Source of the DNA: Balanoglossus misakiensis
Taxonomy: Eukaryota > Animalia > Hemichordata
Assembly (NCBI GenBank): GCA_040954595.2
Contig: CM082593.2
Coordinates: 9,061,200 to 9,125,199, forward strand
Reading direction: 5' to 3'
Length of the DNA stretch: 64,000 nucleotides
Made by a program: the position numbers and the translations under genes. Positions 39,489 to 52,766 of this stretch are shown here, piece after piece. Under the pieces are notes generated by a model, which ran no database searches, was not told the DNA's origin, and was given only the letters and a program-made list of their open reading frames with translations. Position 1 is the stretch's first letter. Every line of letters begins with the position of its first letter.

Positions 39489-41739
39489 TTAATGACCAAA
39501 TCAATGTCTTGAGCAGTCTCACACGACTTCGTCTTGTAGATGTAATCTGTAAAATAAATAAAAACAATGTATGGTTTGAGTGGTAGCTGTGCAAAAGTGA
39601 AAGTTAAAAAAACAGTAGAAAGTACATGCCAATAAAATGTCACCCTATAAAAAAATACTGCGAATGACAAAAGTATTGCTCCCATTTGATAACAACTTTT
39701 TTTTGAATAACTGCAACAAATATGAGTCATGTACCCCATCCTGAACTGCATAAAAAGATAAGTCTATGGAATTCTAAAACTCTTTGATCAAAAATGGCAA
39801 GAAATATACCAAAAAGTATGAATATTTCACCAGATTTCAACAAATCTGATTTCTGTTCATGCCTAAGAACCTCTTTAACAAGTTTCAATAAGGAAGACAT
39901 TTTGGCAAACAACAGGTAATTCAGACAAATCTGACTGATATCACATATGTGAATTCCCATTCAAAGTTTCCAATCAATTGGACTTGTGGTTTTACTGAAG
40001 ACTATTTGGCCAAACCCTGCAGAAATTCCCCAACAATACAATTATGCAAATTTCATTACAATTTGATCATATCTGACTGAGATCACCCCTAGAAACCCAA
40101 ATACAAAGTATCAAAACAATTGCACTTACAGTTTCACAGGATTTGATTTTTTGACAAAAACAGGAAATATTGCCCAAAAATGCATTTTTGCAAATTTCAC
40201 CACCGTTTGCACAAATGTGATTCAGGTAAGCCCTATGAACCTCCATACCAAGTTTCCAATCAATTGGACATGTAATTTCAGAGAAGAATTTTTTTTAACA
40301 AAACTGCAGAAAATTCCCCAAAAAATTCATAAAAAATAGCAAACGCCAGATACTGACTCCACCTGAACAAAATCATACGAGGTCTTCCCAAAGTACTTGC
40401 ACACCAATGCACGCCAATTTTTAACTGAATCTGATCCGCTGTTATTAAGTTTTTTCAATTTTGACTATTTGAATTTTTTTCCAGTTAATACCAGTATGCA
40501 TTTTTCGCAATAACAATTTCTATGTACACACTAAATATCAGTAGTTTCAAGTTGTTGATGTTGATGGACATACACATACATACATCAATACATTTAGACG
40601 AAACTGATCCATTCACAAAATACATAATTCTGTATGAGGCACACATACAGACATACATAGACGACGGACACCAACTTATGCTATATGCTGACATTGATAT
40701 ACATGTTAGCCAAAAACCAAAATCAACCTCAAAATAGACATTAAAATATATTGCACCACCATGAGAAGACAAATTCATTTTTCGACAAATTTTCTGGGGC
40801 GTCATTGATATAGCATTGGCATATTGTCAAAGTACGTAGTCTCTGTGATAAGATTCCATACACACAAAATGGTAACCTTGGAAGTCCAGCTGACGTAGTT
40901 ATGCAATGGCGTCTCATGTATTCCGTCGCCAAAAAATCATCGTAAAATTGATAGTCAGGGTCACAATTCAAGACGACTTTCTCTAAATTCTTTATGAATG
41001 GATTAAATCGAAATCGAAATGTTGATGTATGACGTACGGAATGAGATCTGAACAGACATTCAATGTTATCATTCTCGATCGATCATATATTGGGTAGGCC
41101 ATCTAGCAATCGCTATATAGTATTGGCGATAACAGACTGTCTATAAACACACAAAACGGATTTTACTGTTGAGTGTGATCAACCGCCATGTTATTTTTCT
41201 CTGAACAATAGACAAATAGAAAGCCTGGTGACATTTTGAAATTGACTGCGTGAGGACCACAATATGCGTGAATCATTTACGGTTTGTCTTGATGAATGGG
41301 TCACGTCATAGTCATAACGCGGATTCGGCTGCACGCCAACTATCCGCCATATTGTCTCCATTAACTTACTCGTAAGTAGTTTCAAACTTCATTTGAAAAG
41401 AGTAAAACACATACCTGACTTCGTCTGACGGTCCTGTAGATTAACAATTTACGCTCTATGAAGCAACTAAACAACGTTAGCTTCCTTGTGGATTCACGTA
41501 GGGAAGTTATTCGTAACGACGGGTACAGCGTCTGAGCATGGACAGAACCACGGCAATATCGCCAGGAATGTCTCATTTCACAGCGCCCTCACAGTCAATC
41601 TCTTCGATGAATCGTTTACACTGGTCATACGTGGCGATACCGTGCATTAGAAAAATTAAAAATTTGATAATTTCATTACTATCCAAGCCACACCCACCAA
41701 AACCTTTTCAGTTCTTGCCATATGATATCTGAACCTGTC

Positions 41740-41864
41740 TACTAAATTTGGTTGAAATCGGTTCAGCGGTTCTTGAGATATCGGGTATACAGACAGACAG
41801 ACACACACACACACAGACGTCGCTAAACTATAAGCTCACGTGATTTTCACGTGAGCTAAAAAAA
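41740..41864 (-). other. Helentron terminal structure: T-run, 11-bp stem hairpin, GTCT/GT microsatellite
   Basis: agctcacgtga-ttt-tcacgtgagct at 41833-41857 next to A7; (CAGA)n(CA)n at ~41787-41818. Typical of Helentron/DINE-1 ends. Confidence 0.75.
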
Positions 41865-43111
41865 GCAGCGTAGATATTGAAGTGAATTGGATTTATGAAA
41901 ATGATAAAAATTACACTTATAATGTCGTTAAAAGTTCTCACAAAAAAAAAGAAATAGAAAAAAAGTGGTCTCGAACCAACATCAGTCGACACCTTCAGGT
42001 AAAAGGCTAGCCTTCCTGAACCTTTCGCCATCATGATGTGTACTCGAAAAAGTCGGAAATTTTCCGCACTATATTGCAGCATAACTCCAATAGACTTATT
42101 TGCACCGCAGCGGTGCGAATAAGATTTCCCTCCCCAACAACGATCTGACCGTTCTTTATTTACTCCTCGGCGACAGAAAACATTTTATTACGGCCTAAAT
42201 AACGACTTTTTCGCTCCTTGGTTGGTCATGCGGACGGAAAGACAGGGTTTTAGCGAGTTTATCTTTCTCTCTGCTGAGCACTCCGTTATTCAGACTTGCC
42301 CAAGTGAACCGCGACAAAAAATGGCCAAGTTTCTCTGCATGTTTGTTATACCAGACAGATAAAAAACGCAGCGTAGATATTGAAATGAATTGGATTTATG
42401 AAAATGTTAAAAATTACAATGAAAATGTCGTAAAAAGTTCTCACAAAAAAGAAATAGAAAAAGAAATTGGTCTCGAACCAACATCAGTCGACACCTTCAG
42501 GTAAAAGGCTAGCCTTCCTGAACCTTTCCCCATCACGATGTGGACTCGAAAAAGTCGGAAATTTTCCGCACTATATTGCAGTATAACTCCAATGATTTTA
42601 TTTGCACCGCAGCAGTGCAAATAAGAGTTCACTGCACCGCAGCGGTGCAAATAAGAGTTCACTGCACCGCAGAGGTGCAAATAAGAGTTCCCTGCACCGC
42701 AGCGGTGCGAATAAGAGTTCCCTGGCCCCGCAATGATCTGACCGTTCTTTATTCACTCCTCGGCGACAAAAACGTTTTATTACGGCCTAAATAACGACTT
42801 TTTCGCTCCTTGGTTGGTCATGCGGACGGAAAGACACGGTTTTAGCGAGTTTATCTTTCTCTCTGCTGAGCACTCCGTATTCAGACTTGCCCAAGTGAAC
42901 CGCGACAAAAATGGCCAAGTTTCCCTGTATGTTACTTATACCCGACAGATGAAAAAAGCAGCGTAGATATTGAAATGAATTGGATTTATGAAAATGATAA
43001 AAATTACAATTATAATGTCGTTAAAAGTTCTCACAAAAGAAAAGAAATATAAAAATAAAGTGGTCTCTAACCAACATCAGTCGACACCTTCGGGTAAAAG
43101 GCTAGCCTTCC
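41858..43111. repeat. ~500-bp satellite, block 1
   Basis: Monomers begin aaaaaa(c)gcagcgtagatattgaaatg. Internal 30-bp subrepeat gcaccgcagcggtgcaaataagagttccct occurs in variable copy number. Confidence 0.95.
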
Positions 43112-43510
43112 TTTTTTTATCTTTTATTAAAAAGGACAGGCCCACTGGCTTGCCATGTTAAAAATAATTTGTACATTACAAGAAGCTTGTAATTACAGTC
43201 ATAGATTCATTTTAAATAATGCCATAAATCTTCAACACGTTACACTACTAATGCCAATCATTACAATATTGATAAAAAATCATACACCGAAATGAATGCA
43301 TGTGTAGATAAGTCATTCAACATAAACAAATTTTAAATTCACAATATTGCATTACAGCATTCCACCATTTATGTAAGTCCTACTCCAATCTGTCATAGAA
43401 TTGTGACATACAATTTAATTACAGGAACAATTACCAGTAAAAAAAGATGGTATGTAACACCAGAGGGCGCCAGGTTCAACTGAAGGTGACAACATAGACA
43501 AAACGATTGT

Positions 43511-46500
43511 TTAAAAATTGAAGGTAAAGTCAAAATCTTTTACCGTTACAAGCACATTGTTTTGTGCAAAGATGCTTTCAAATAGCGCAACATCATCACT
43601 TACTTTGCACCTGTTATATTCAAAAGCGATTTTCTGTTTTAATTTGTAGTTAAAGAACATGATCAAGTCGATTTTCCGAGTACAACGCCGGTATGCTAAT
43701 CTTCTACTATGAATTGTATAACGTGAAAGTGTCAATAAAATATTGATCAGCGTGTACTCGTACTTGTCATCCTTGATAGTATAACCAAATAACATCATTA
43801 GAATTCTATCTGTTGGGTTTAACCTTATTTACATTACAGGCACTGTTGATATACTCAAAAACAAGTTGCCGCAAGGATTGAATTGTCTGGCAGCACACAA
43901 ACAAATGATACACGTCTTCGGGGAAAAATGTGCAGAAGTCACAAGTCAGACTGAGGATTTTGCCTGATTTATAAAGACGAAGATTACTAAAAACAGCGTT
44001 GTGACAAATGAGATAATCCAGATCACCCAGGTAGTTATCCTTGAAATTTGTGTAAACAATTGGCCAAACCTTACTAAAATCAAAGTTTGGCAGGTGATAG
44101 AGCCAATACTGAACACCCGTGGGTACTGTTTTTCTCAGATGCCGAGCTATTGTAGTAATGTGTCTAACCTTAAGAGAATGGAAAGGAACACGTTGATCAT
44201 GAGCATTAACAATAAAGAGAGACGAGTTTTTGTCCACTTTGTTATAATCTTTGTAATTACTCTGCAGAATATCATGCCTCTTTTGAGGAATTGAATTGAG
44301 GATAATCTGGTACTGCTTCTCAACAGTATTGCTTGTGGGAGTGTCAGGATGGGCCAATGAAACCATGTCACCAATTGCATCAACAGGTAGGAACCCAGGA
44401 ATGACTTCGTATAACAAATCCCTGATTTTGACAATGCCAGCTGAACTGAAAAGCTTTACAATCGCCAGGGGGCGCCCTTCAACACTTGTAATGAATGGGT
44501 TATGAAAAATGGGTTCATTGATAAATTCACCGTAGGAAACTGGTTGTGCACGAAAATACTTGAAAAGATGTGACCAAGACTGAAACAATTCCTTGTAGAA
44601 TGTAGAACACTGACGTAAGTTGGTAGGATAAAGTAACATTTTAAAAGTGTCAACACCACAATTGAGATCGAGATACTTACATTTTGTATTTAAGTTGTAG
44701 GTGAAAAACAGCTTGAATTTGTGAACATAATCTTTATCCAGCATTTTACACAACCACTTGAGACGAAGTGCATGCACTTTGTCTTGAATATTTGTGACTT
44801 TAAGTCCCCCATCTTGAATGTCGGAAGTGATGACATCATATTTCACCCTGTGATGACCTTTGCTCCAGAAGAAATTACAGATGTGCTCATTCAAAATTTG
44901 TATGTGTTGCTGAGGCAAAGAAACAACAGATGCCCGGTACCACAGAGTAGACGTAACAAGGGAGTTGATAATAAGGGTTTTCCCTTTGAAGGACAATTTA
45001 CGAAATGACCAAGATTTCAGAATTCTGCAAATTTTAGGAATGCGCTGAGCCCAATTGAAATCATCAGCAACTGATTTGTCATGATTCAACATGACACCAA
45101 GAATGACCATGCCATCCAGTTGAAGCTTAACAGGTAAGGGGCAGTCAGTACGCCCTCTTTTGTTTCCTATCCACATCAAAGCACTTTTGTTCAGATTAAC
45201 CTTTGATCCAGAAGCTTTACCATAATCACAGAAGACCTGATACGCTTCGCGGATAGAATGGTCATCGCTAACGGTTAGAGTGGTGTCATCAGCATGTTGA
45301 TAAACTAAGGAAGATACAGTACTGCCAGGAATTTGAATACCATGTATGTTGTGGTTATGCTGACTAGCAGCATTTAGAGGCTCAGCTGACAGCACGTACA
45401 ACATTGCTGACAGCGGGCACCCTTGTCTGACACTTCGTTTAATTAACACCGAGTCAGACAAAAACCGTTAATTTTTACATTGATGGAAATCCATTTAACA
45501 AAGTTGTCACCGAACCTGAACGCCCTTAGTGTGTTAAGCAAATAATTGTGATCAACGCGATCAAAGGCTTTCATCTGATCAAATTTCACAATGGCACCTG
45601 GACAGTTACTGGAATCAACATGATGAATAAGATCTCTCATACAGAAAACATTGTCCACAATGTCACGACCTGGGACACAGCAAGTTTGATCCGGGCTGAC
45701 TATAGAGGGCATGATTTTACTAAGTCTAAGGGCAAGTGTTTTAGTAAGGATTTTGTAATCACAGTTGAGGAGGGTGATAGGACGCCAGTTTTTAATAAAG
45801 CGGGGGTCACAGTCAGCTTTTGGAATGAGTGTAATGAGGCCAGTTTTCATTGACTCGGGGAGATAGTTATTTCCAAAAATACAATTAAAAATATCTAACA
45901 TATCATCTTTTAGGACATCCCAGAAATGTTTATAGAATTCATACGGTATGCCATCTAAACCAGGGCTTTTGTTATTGATACAAGTGAAAAGGGCATGTTG
46001 AATTTCTTGAATCGAAAAATTAGAATCGATTGCTGTCCGGTCATCTTCAAAAATGGTGTTAAGTGGATAGTTGAGAAACTTATTTTGTTGCTGGAGATCA
46101 CAAGGTTCATCAGAATACAATTTGGTGTAAAAGGTGTGAGCTTCTTGAAGAATATCATTGATGTCAGTAAGAATTTCATTATTGTCATTCATAAGAGTAT
46201 GAATGGCTTTTTTGTTTTGTTTTGATTTTTCCAGATTAAAGAAATACTTGGTGGATTTTTCACCCTCTTCAACCCATTGAAGTTTGGAACGGATGATGGC
46301 CCCCTAGTTTCATACATAATAATTTTGTCAAGTTCATCTTGGATAATAGTAGCATTTGTGAGATCATAATCCTGATATTTACATGCCTTAGCTAATTCCC
46401 ATTTGAGTTTTCTTTGAAGAGTCTTACGAAGGTGACGCCTTAATTTGGTTTTTTGTTTGGAGTACTTTTGTGAATAATTACGAATTTTAATTTTCCGAGA

Positions 46501-47394
46501 CTCTCACCAAAGTATTTTATTTTGAACGTAGTTGGGATCAGATTTAAAATTTGTAATATTGACAAACACTTCATCTTTTAGGTGGTCTTTATTAAAAGAC
46601 CAAATGCCTGGGCCACGGGGTGTATTAGAAAAATCGAAATGAATTTGGATGAGGTCATGATCACTGAGGGGAAAGTGGATAATGTTAGAACGTTGACAAT
46701 AGTGGACAATGTCCTCGTTTGCGAGACACAGATCAATACGGCTTTGTTGAAGGACACCGTTAGTTTGACTCTGCCAGGTGCATACCCTGCTATGCGGATG
46801 TTGATTGCGCAAGATGTCAATTAGTGAATATCGGCTAATGAGGTCAACCAGGTGTTTACGTGATGGATCCACAGGATCAATGACAGTGGCAGACTGGTCT
46901 AAACGTGGATTGATTTTGGTGTTAAAGTCACCTATGACAATATTGAACGAATTTTGGATCATGAAATTGGGAATTTTGTGCCAGAAACGAGCTCGAAGAT
47001 AAGGTTTAGATGGTGCATAAATATTAATAATATTAATATTCTGACCCGCAATTTCCACATTTAGGGTGATAATTCTGCCCTCATCATCGCTCTGATGGTC
47101 TATCACTGTAATGTCAGGCCGATTTCTAACCAGAAAAGCAACCCCTCTTCTTTTTACAGGATCACTGCAATTGTTACAATAAACAGAAAAAACAGGTGCA
47201 ATTTTAGAACTAAAATAATGGGCAATATTGTCATCCCAAAAAGTTTCTTGAAGTGAAATGATGTCACTTTTGTTATCTTTACAAAATTCAACTGTAAGTT
47301 CAAAATTGCGTTCATTACTCAAACCATTTACATTTAAAGAGGACAAAATCAACATACCTAATGTAAAAAAGGAAAGGTAATTATAGCACTCCAT
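43511..47394 (-). pseudogene. LINE ORF2 (APE endonuclease + reverse transcriptase), frameshifted
   Basis: SLNVNGL, SLQET, IGDFN, SRID, SDH; KSPGLDGIPYEFY, NWRPITLLNCDYKIL, DQMKAFDRVDH, VRQGCPLS, QHADD; CDFC...EDVYHLFVCC. Confidence 0.92.
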
Positions 47395-47396
47395 TA

Positions 47397-48019
47397 TTAT
47401 TCTTGTGATGGTTCTTCTACACTGACCTGGTTTTCATTGTCACTGTTATGATGTTTTGTCCTTGTTATTAATGTTGGTGTGAAGATCTGTTTCTTTCTTC
47501 GTTCTCTTTTCTTTCTTTTCTCAGTGGTGTTGTCATCAGCATGGCGTTTTGTCTGGCAGTTCAAAATGCCTGAAGTCTCAACTTCCATACTTTCCTCAGT
47601 TGTTTCCCGTTGTGTTTCCATGTCCCGTTGTTTCTCCTGTTCATAATTTGTTTCCGACTCCTTTTCATTCACCAGTTCTTGGTTGTTATGTTCAGTTCCA
47701 TCTGGTTTGGAGTTAACATTTTCCTCTTTCGGTTCTTCTGTGCGCTGTTCATCTTTGTTAGTGTTATTCAAGTTCTCGTTGTTTACCTGTCCCTGTTCGT
47801 TGTCTTGTCTTTCCTCTTCTTCTTCCTCTTCTTGTATTTCTTCCGCATATTTCTCGATGATTGCGTCGACCTCACCGTCTCCATAAATCTCTGCGTTGCA
47901 GTCAATGGCTTTATGGCCTATGGCGTTGCATCTGTAACATGTGAGATTTTGGCAGGCTCTTTTCAGATGACCCATTTGTTTACACCGTTTGCACTGATAA
48001 TTTGGACAGTTGTTATACC
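47397..48019 (-). pseudogene. LINE ORF1 C-terminal part (gag-like zinc knuckles)
   Basis: CKRCKQMGHLKRAC and CYRCNAIGHKAIDC, followed by an acidic/basic tail; ends 2 nt before ORF2. Confidence 0.85.
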
Positions 48020-51000
48020 AGACAGATAAAAAAGGCAGCGTAGATATTGAAATGAATTGGATTTATGAAAATGGAAAAAATTACAATGAAAACGTCGTTA
48101 AAAGTTCTCACAAAAAGAAATAGAAAAATAAAGTGGTCTCGAACCAACATCAGTCGACACCTTTGGGTAAAAGGCTAGCCTTCCTGAACCTTTCGCCATC
48201 ATGACGTGTACTCGAATCGGAAATTTTCCGCACTATATTGCAGTATAACTCCAATGATCTTATTTGCACCGCAGCGATTCAAATAAGAGTTCCCTGCACC
48301 GTCGCGGTGCGAATAAGAGTTCCCTGCCGCGCAACGATCTGACCGTTCTTTATTCACTCCTCGGCGACAAAAACGTTTTATTACGGCCTAAATAACGACT
48401 TTTTCGCTCCTTGGTTTCGCTCCTTGGTTATTTGCACCGCAGTGGTGAAAATAAGAGTTCCCTGGCCCCGCAATGATCTGACCGTTTTTTATTCACTCCT
48501 CGGCGACAAAAAAGTTTTATAACGGCCTAAATAACGACTTTTTCGCTCCTTGGTTGGTCATGCGGACGGAAAGACACGGTTTAGCGAGTTTATCTTTCTC
48601 TCTGCTGAGCACTCCGTTATTCAGACATGCCCAAGTGAACCGCGACAAATAATGGCCAAGTTTCTCTGCATGTTTGTTATACCAGACAGATAAAAAAAAC
48701 GCAGTATATTGAAATGAATTGGATTTATGAACAAGATAAAAGTTACAATGAAAATGTCATTAAAAGTTCTCAAAAAAAAGAAATAGAAAAAAAAATGGTC
48801 TCTAACCAACATCAGTCGACACCTTCAGGTAAAAGGCTAGCGTTCCTGAACCTTTCGCCATCATGATGTGTACTCGAAAAAGTAGGAAATTTTCCGCACT
48901 ATATTGCCGCATAACTCCAATGATCTTATTTGCACCGCAGCGATGCAAAAAAGAGTTCCCTGCACCGCAGCGGTGCGAATAAGAGTTCCCTGCCGCGCAA
49001 CGAAAAAACGCAGCATAGATATTGAAATGAATTGGATTTGTGAAATTGTTAAAAATTACAATTATAATGTCGTTAAAAGTTCTCACAAAAAAATAGAAAT
49101 AGAAAAAAAGTGGTCTCGAACGAACATCAGTTTACACCCTCAGGTAAAACCTTTCCTGAACCTTTTGCCATCACGATGTGTAGTCGAAAAAGTCGGAAAT
49201 TTTCCGCACTATATTGCAGCATAACTCCAATGATCTTATTTGCGCCGCAGCGGTGCAAATACGAGTTCCCTGCACCGCAGCGGTGCGAATAAGATTTCCC
49301 TCCCCAACAACGATCTGACCGTTCTTTATTTACTCCTCGGCGACATAAAACGTTTTATTACGGCCTAAATAACGACTTTTTCGCTCCTTGGTTGGTCATT
49401 CGGACGGAAAGACAGGGTTTTAGCGAGTTTATCTTTCTCTCTGCTGATCACTCCCATATTCAGACTTGCCCAAGTGAACCGCGACAAAAAATGGCCAAGT
49501 TTCTCTGCATGTTACTTATACCCGACATATGAAAAAAGCAGCGTAGATATTGAAGTGAATTGGATTTATGAAAATGATAAAAATTACAATGAAAATGTCG
49601 TTAAAAGTTATCAATAAAAAAAGAAATAGAAAACGAAAGTGGTCTCGAACCAACGTCAGTCGACAACTTCAGGTAAAAGGCTAGCCTTCCTGAACCTTTC
49701 GCCATCATGATGTGTACTCGAAAAAGTCGGAAATTTTCCGCACTATATTGCAGCATAACTCCAATGATCTTATTTGCGCCGCAGCGGTGCAAATACGAGT
49801 TCCCTGCACCGCAGCGTTGCGAATAAGATTTCCCTCCCCAACAACGATCTCACCGTTCTTTATTTACTCCTCGGCGACATAAAACGTTTTATTACGGCCT
49901 AAATAAGGACTTTTTTCGCTCTTTGGTTGGTCATGTGGACGGAAAGACAGGGTTTTAGCGAGTTTATCTTTTTCTCTGATGAGCACTCCGTATTCAGACT
50001 TACCCAACTGAACCGCGACAAAAAATGGCCAAGTTTCTCTACATGTTTGTTATACCCGACAGATAAAAAACGCAGCGTAGATATTGAAATGAATTGGATT
50101 TATGAAAATGGAAAAAAATGACAATGAAAATGTCGTTAAAAGTTCTCAAAAAAACGAAATAGAAAAATAAAGTGGTCTCGAACCAATATCAGTCGACACC
50201 TTCGGGTAAAAGGCTAGCCTTCCTGAACCTTTCGCCATCATGATGTGTACTCTAAAAAGTAGGAAATTTTCCGCACTATATTGCAGCATAACACCAATGA
50301 TCTTATTTGCACCGCAGCGGTGCAAATAAGAGTTCCCTGCACCGCAGTGGTGCAAGTAAGAGTTCCCTCCCCAACAACGATCTGACCGTTCTTCATTCAA
50401 TCCTCGGCGACAAAAACGTTTTATTATGGCCTAAATAACGACTTTTTCGCTCCTTGGTTGGTCATGCGGACGGAAAGACACGGTTTAGCGAGTTTATCTT
50501 TCTCTCTGATGAGCACTCCGTATTCAGACTTGCCCAAGTGAACCGCGACAAAAAATGGTCAAGTTTCCCTGCATGTTACTTATACCCGACATATAAAAAA
50601 CGCAGCGTAGATATTGAAATGAATTGGATTTATGAAAATGGAAAAAATTACAATGAAAATGTCGTTAAAAGTTATCAATAAAAAAAGAAATAGAAAACGA
50701 AAGTGGTCTCGAACCAACATCAGTCGACACCTTCAGGTAAAAGGCTAGCCTACCTGAACCTTTCGCCATCATGATGTGTACTCGAAAAAGTCGGAAATTT
50801 TCCGCGCTATATTGCAGCATAACTCCAATGATCTTATTTGCACCGCATCGGTGCAAATAAGAGTTCCCTGGCCCCGTAATGATCTGACCGTTCTTTATTC
50901 ATTCCTCGGCGACAAAAACGTTTTATTACGGCCTAAATAACGACTTTTTCGCGCCTTGGTTGGTCATGCGGACGGAAAGACACGGTTTAGCGAGTTTATC

Positions 51001-52766
51001 TTTCTCTCTGATGAGCACTCCGTTATTCAGACTTGCCCAAGTGAACCGCGAAAAATAATGGCCAAGTTTCTCTGCATGTTTGTTATACCCGACAGATAAA
51101 AAACGCAGCGTAGATATTGAAATGAATTGGATTTATGAAAATGATAAAAGTTACAATGAAAATTTCGTTAAAAGTTCTCAAAAAAAAAGAAATAGAAAAA
51201 GAAAGTGGTCTCGAACCAACATCAGTCGACACCTTCAGGTAAAAGGCTAGCTTCTCTGAACCTTTCGCCATCATGATGTGTACTCGAAAAAGTCGGACAT
51301 TTTCCGCACTATATTGCAGCATAACTCCAATGATCTTATTTGCGCCGCAGCGGTGCAAATAAGAGTTCCCTGGCCCCGCAATGATCTGACCGTTCTTTAT
51401 TCACTCCTCGGCGACAAAAACGTTTTATTACGGCCTAAATAACGACTTTTTCGCTCCTTGGTTGGTCATGCGGACGGAAAGACACGGTTTCAGCGAGTTT
51501 ATCTTTCTCTCTAATGAGCACTCCGTATTCAGACTTGCCCAAGTGAACCGCGACAAAAAATGGTCAAGTTTCCCTGCATGTTACTTATACCCGACATATA
51601 AAAAACGCAGCGTAGATATTGAAATGAATTGGATTTATGAAAATGGAAAAAATTACAATGAAAATGTCGTTAAAAGTTATCAATAAAAAAAGAAATAGAA
51701 AACGAAAGTGGTCTCGAACCAACATCAGTCGACACCTTCAGGTAAAAGGCTAGCCTACCTGAACCTTTCGCCATCATGATGTGTACTCGAAAAAGTCGGA
51801 AATTTTCCGCGCTATATTGCAGCATAACTCCAATGATCTTATTTGCACCGCATCGGTGCAAATAAGAGTTCCCTGGCCCCGTAATGATCTGACCGTTCTT
51901 TATTCATTCCTCGGCGACAAAAACGTTTTATTACGGCCTAAATAACGACTTTTTCGCGCCTTGGTTGGTCATGCGGACGGAAAGACACGGTTTAGCGAGT
52001 TTATCTTTCTCTCTGATGAGCACTCCGTTATTCAGACTTGCCCAAGTGAACCGCGAAAAATAATGGCCAAGTTTCTCTGCATGTTTGTTATACCCGACAG
52101 ATAAAAAACGCAGCGTAGATATTGAAATGAATTGGATTTATGAAAATGATAAAAGTTACAATGAAAATTTCGTTAAAAGTTCTCAAAAAAAAAGAAATAG
52201 AAAAAGAAAGTGGTCTCGAACCAACATCAGTCGACACCTTCAGGTAAAAGGCTAGCTTCTCTGAACCTTTCGCCATCATGATGTGTACTCGAAAAAGTCG
52301 GACATTTTCCGCACTATATTGCAGCATAACTCCAATGATCTTATTTGCGCCGCAGCGGTGCAAATAAGAGTTCCCTGGCCCCGCAATGATCTGACCGTTC
52401 TTTATTCACTCCTCGGCGACAAAAACGTTTTATTACGGCCTAAATAACGACTTTTTCGCTCCTTGGTTGGTCATGCGGACGGAAAGACACGGTTTCAGCG
52501 AGTTTATATTTCTCTCTGCTGAGCACTCTGTATTCAGACTTGCCCAAGTGAACCGCGACAAAAAATGGCCAAGTTTCCCTGCATGTTTGTTATACCCGAC
52601 AGATAAAAAACGCAGCATAGATATTGAAATGAATTGGATTTATGAAAATGATAAAAATTACAATGAAAATGTCGTTAAAAGTTCTCAAAAAAAAGAAATA
52701 GAAAAAGAACGTGGTCTCGAACCAACATCAGTCGACACCTTCAGGTAAAAGGCAAGCCATCCTGAA
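48010..52766. repeat. ~500-bp satellite, block 2 (~9 monomers)
   Basis: Same monomer as block 1. Near-identical 1005-bp dimer repeat (ORFs at 50665/51670 and 51083/52088). Confidence 0.95.

Larger units (their letters stand above)
2956..41864 (-). mobile_element. Helentron (endonuclease-encoding Helitron), decayed, interrupted by a ~30-kb insertion; 3' end not located
   Basis: Minus-strand domain order OTU > charged repeats > Zn finger > Rep HUH > Pif1 helicase > APE endonuclease. Terminal hairpin, microsatellite and T-run at 41787-41864. Helicase halves at 34185-34700 and 3570-4198. Confidence 0.85.
43112..48019 (-). mobile_element. Tx1/L1-clade non-LTR retrotransposon, truncated in ORF1
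   Basis: ORF1 with CCHC knuckles, ORF2 EN-RT-Cys domain, 3' UTR and A-rich tail (T-run at 43112-43118). Confidence 0.9.

Noticed and set aside
40741-41190. Possible decayed accessory ORF in the Helentron 5' region
   Set aside because: Interrupted by stops and shifts, with no motif I can recognise.
42600-42725. 30-bp palindromic repeats resembling CRISPR repeats
   Set aside because: Head-to-tail with no spacers; a subrepeat of the satellite monomer.
52209-52285. Functional tRNA gene in the satellite
   Set aside because: A/B boxes are present, but no acceptor stem or clear anticodon arm could be folded; kept only as tRNA-like.
41828-52748. Recurrent short ORFs (MHRCGANKIIG...) in the satellite
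   Set aside because: Lengths and frames vary between monomers; no domain is recognisable.
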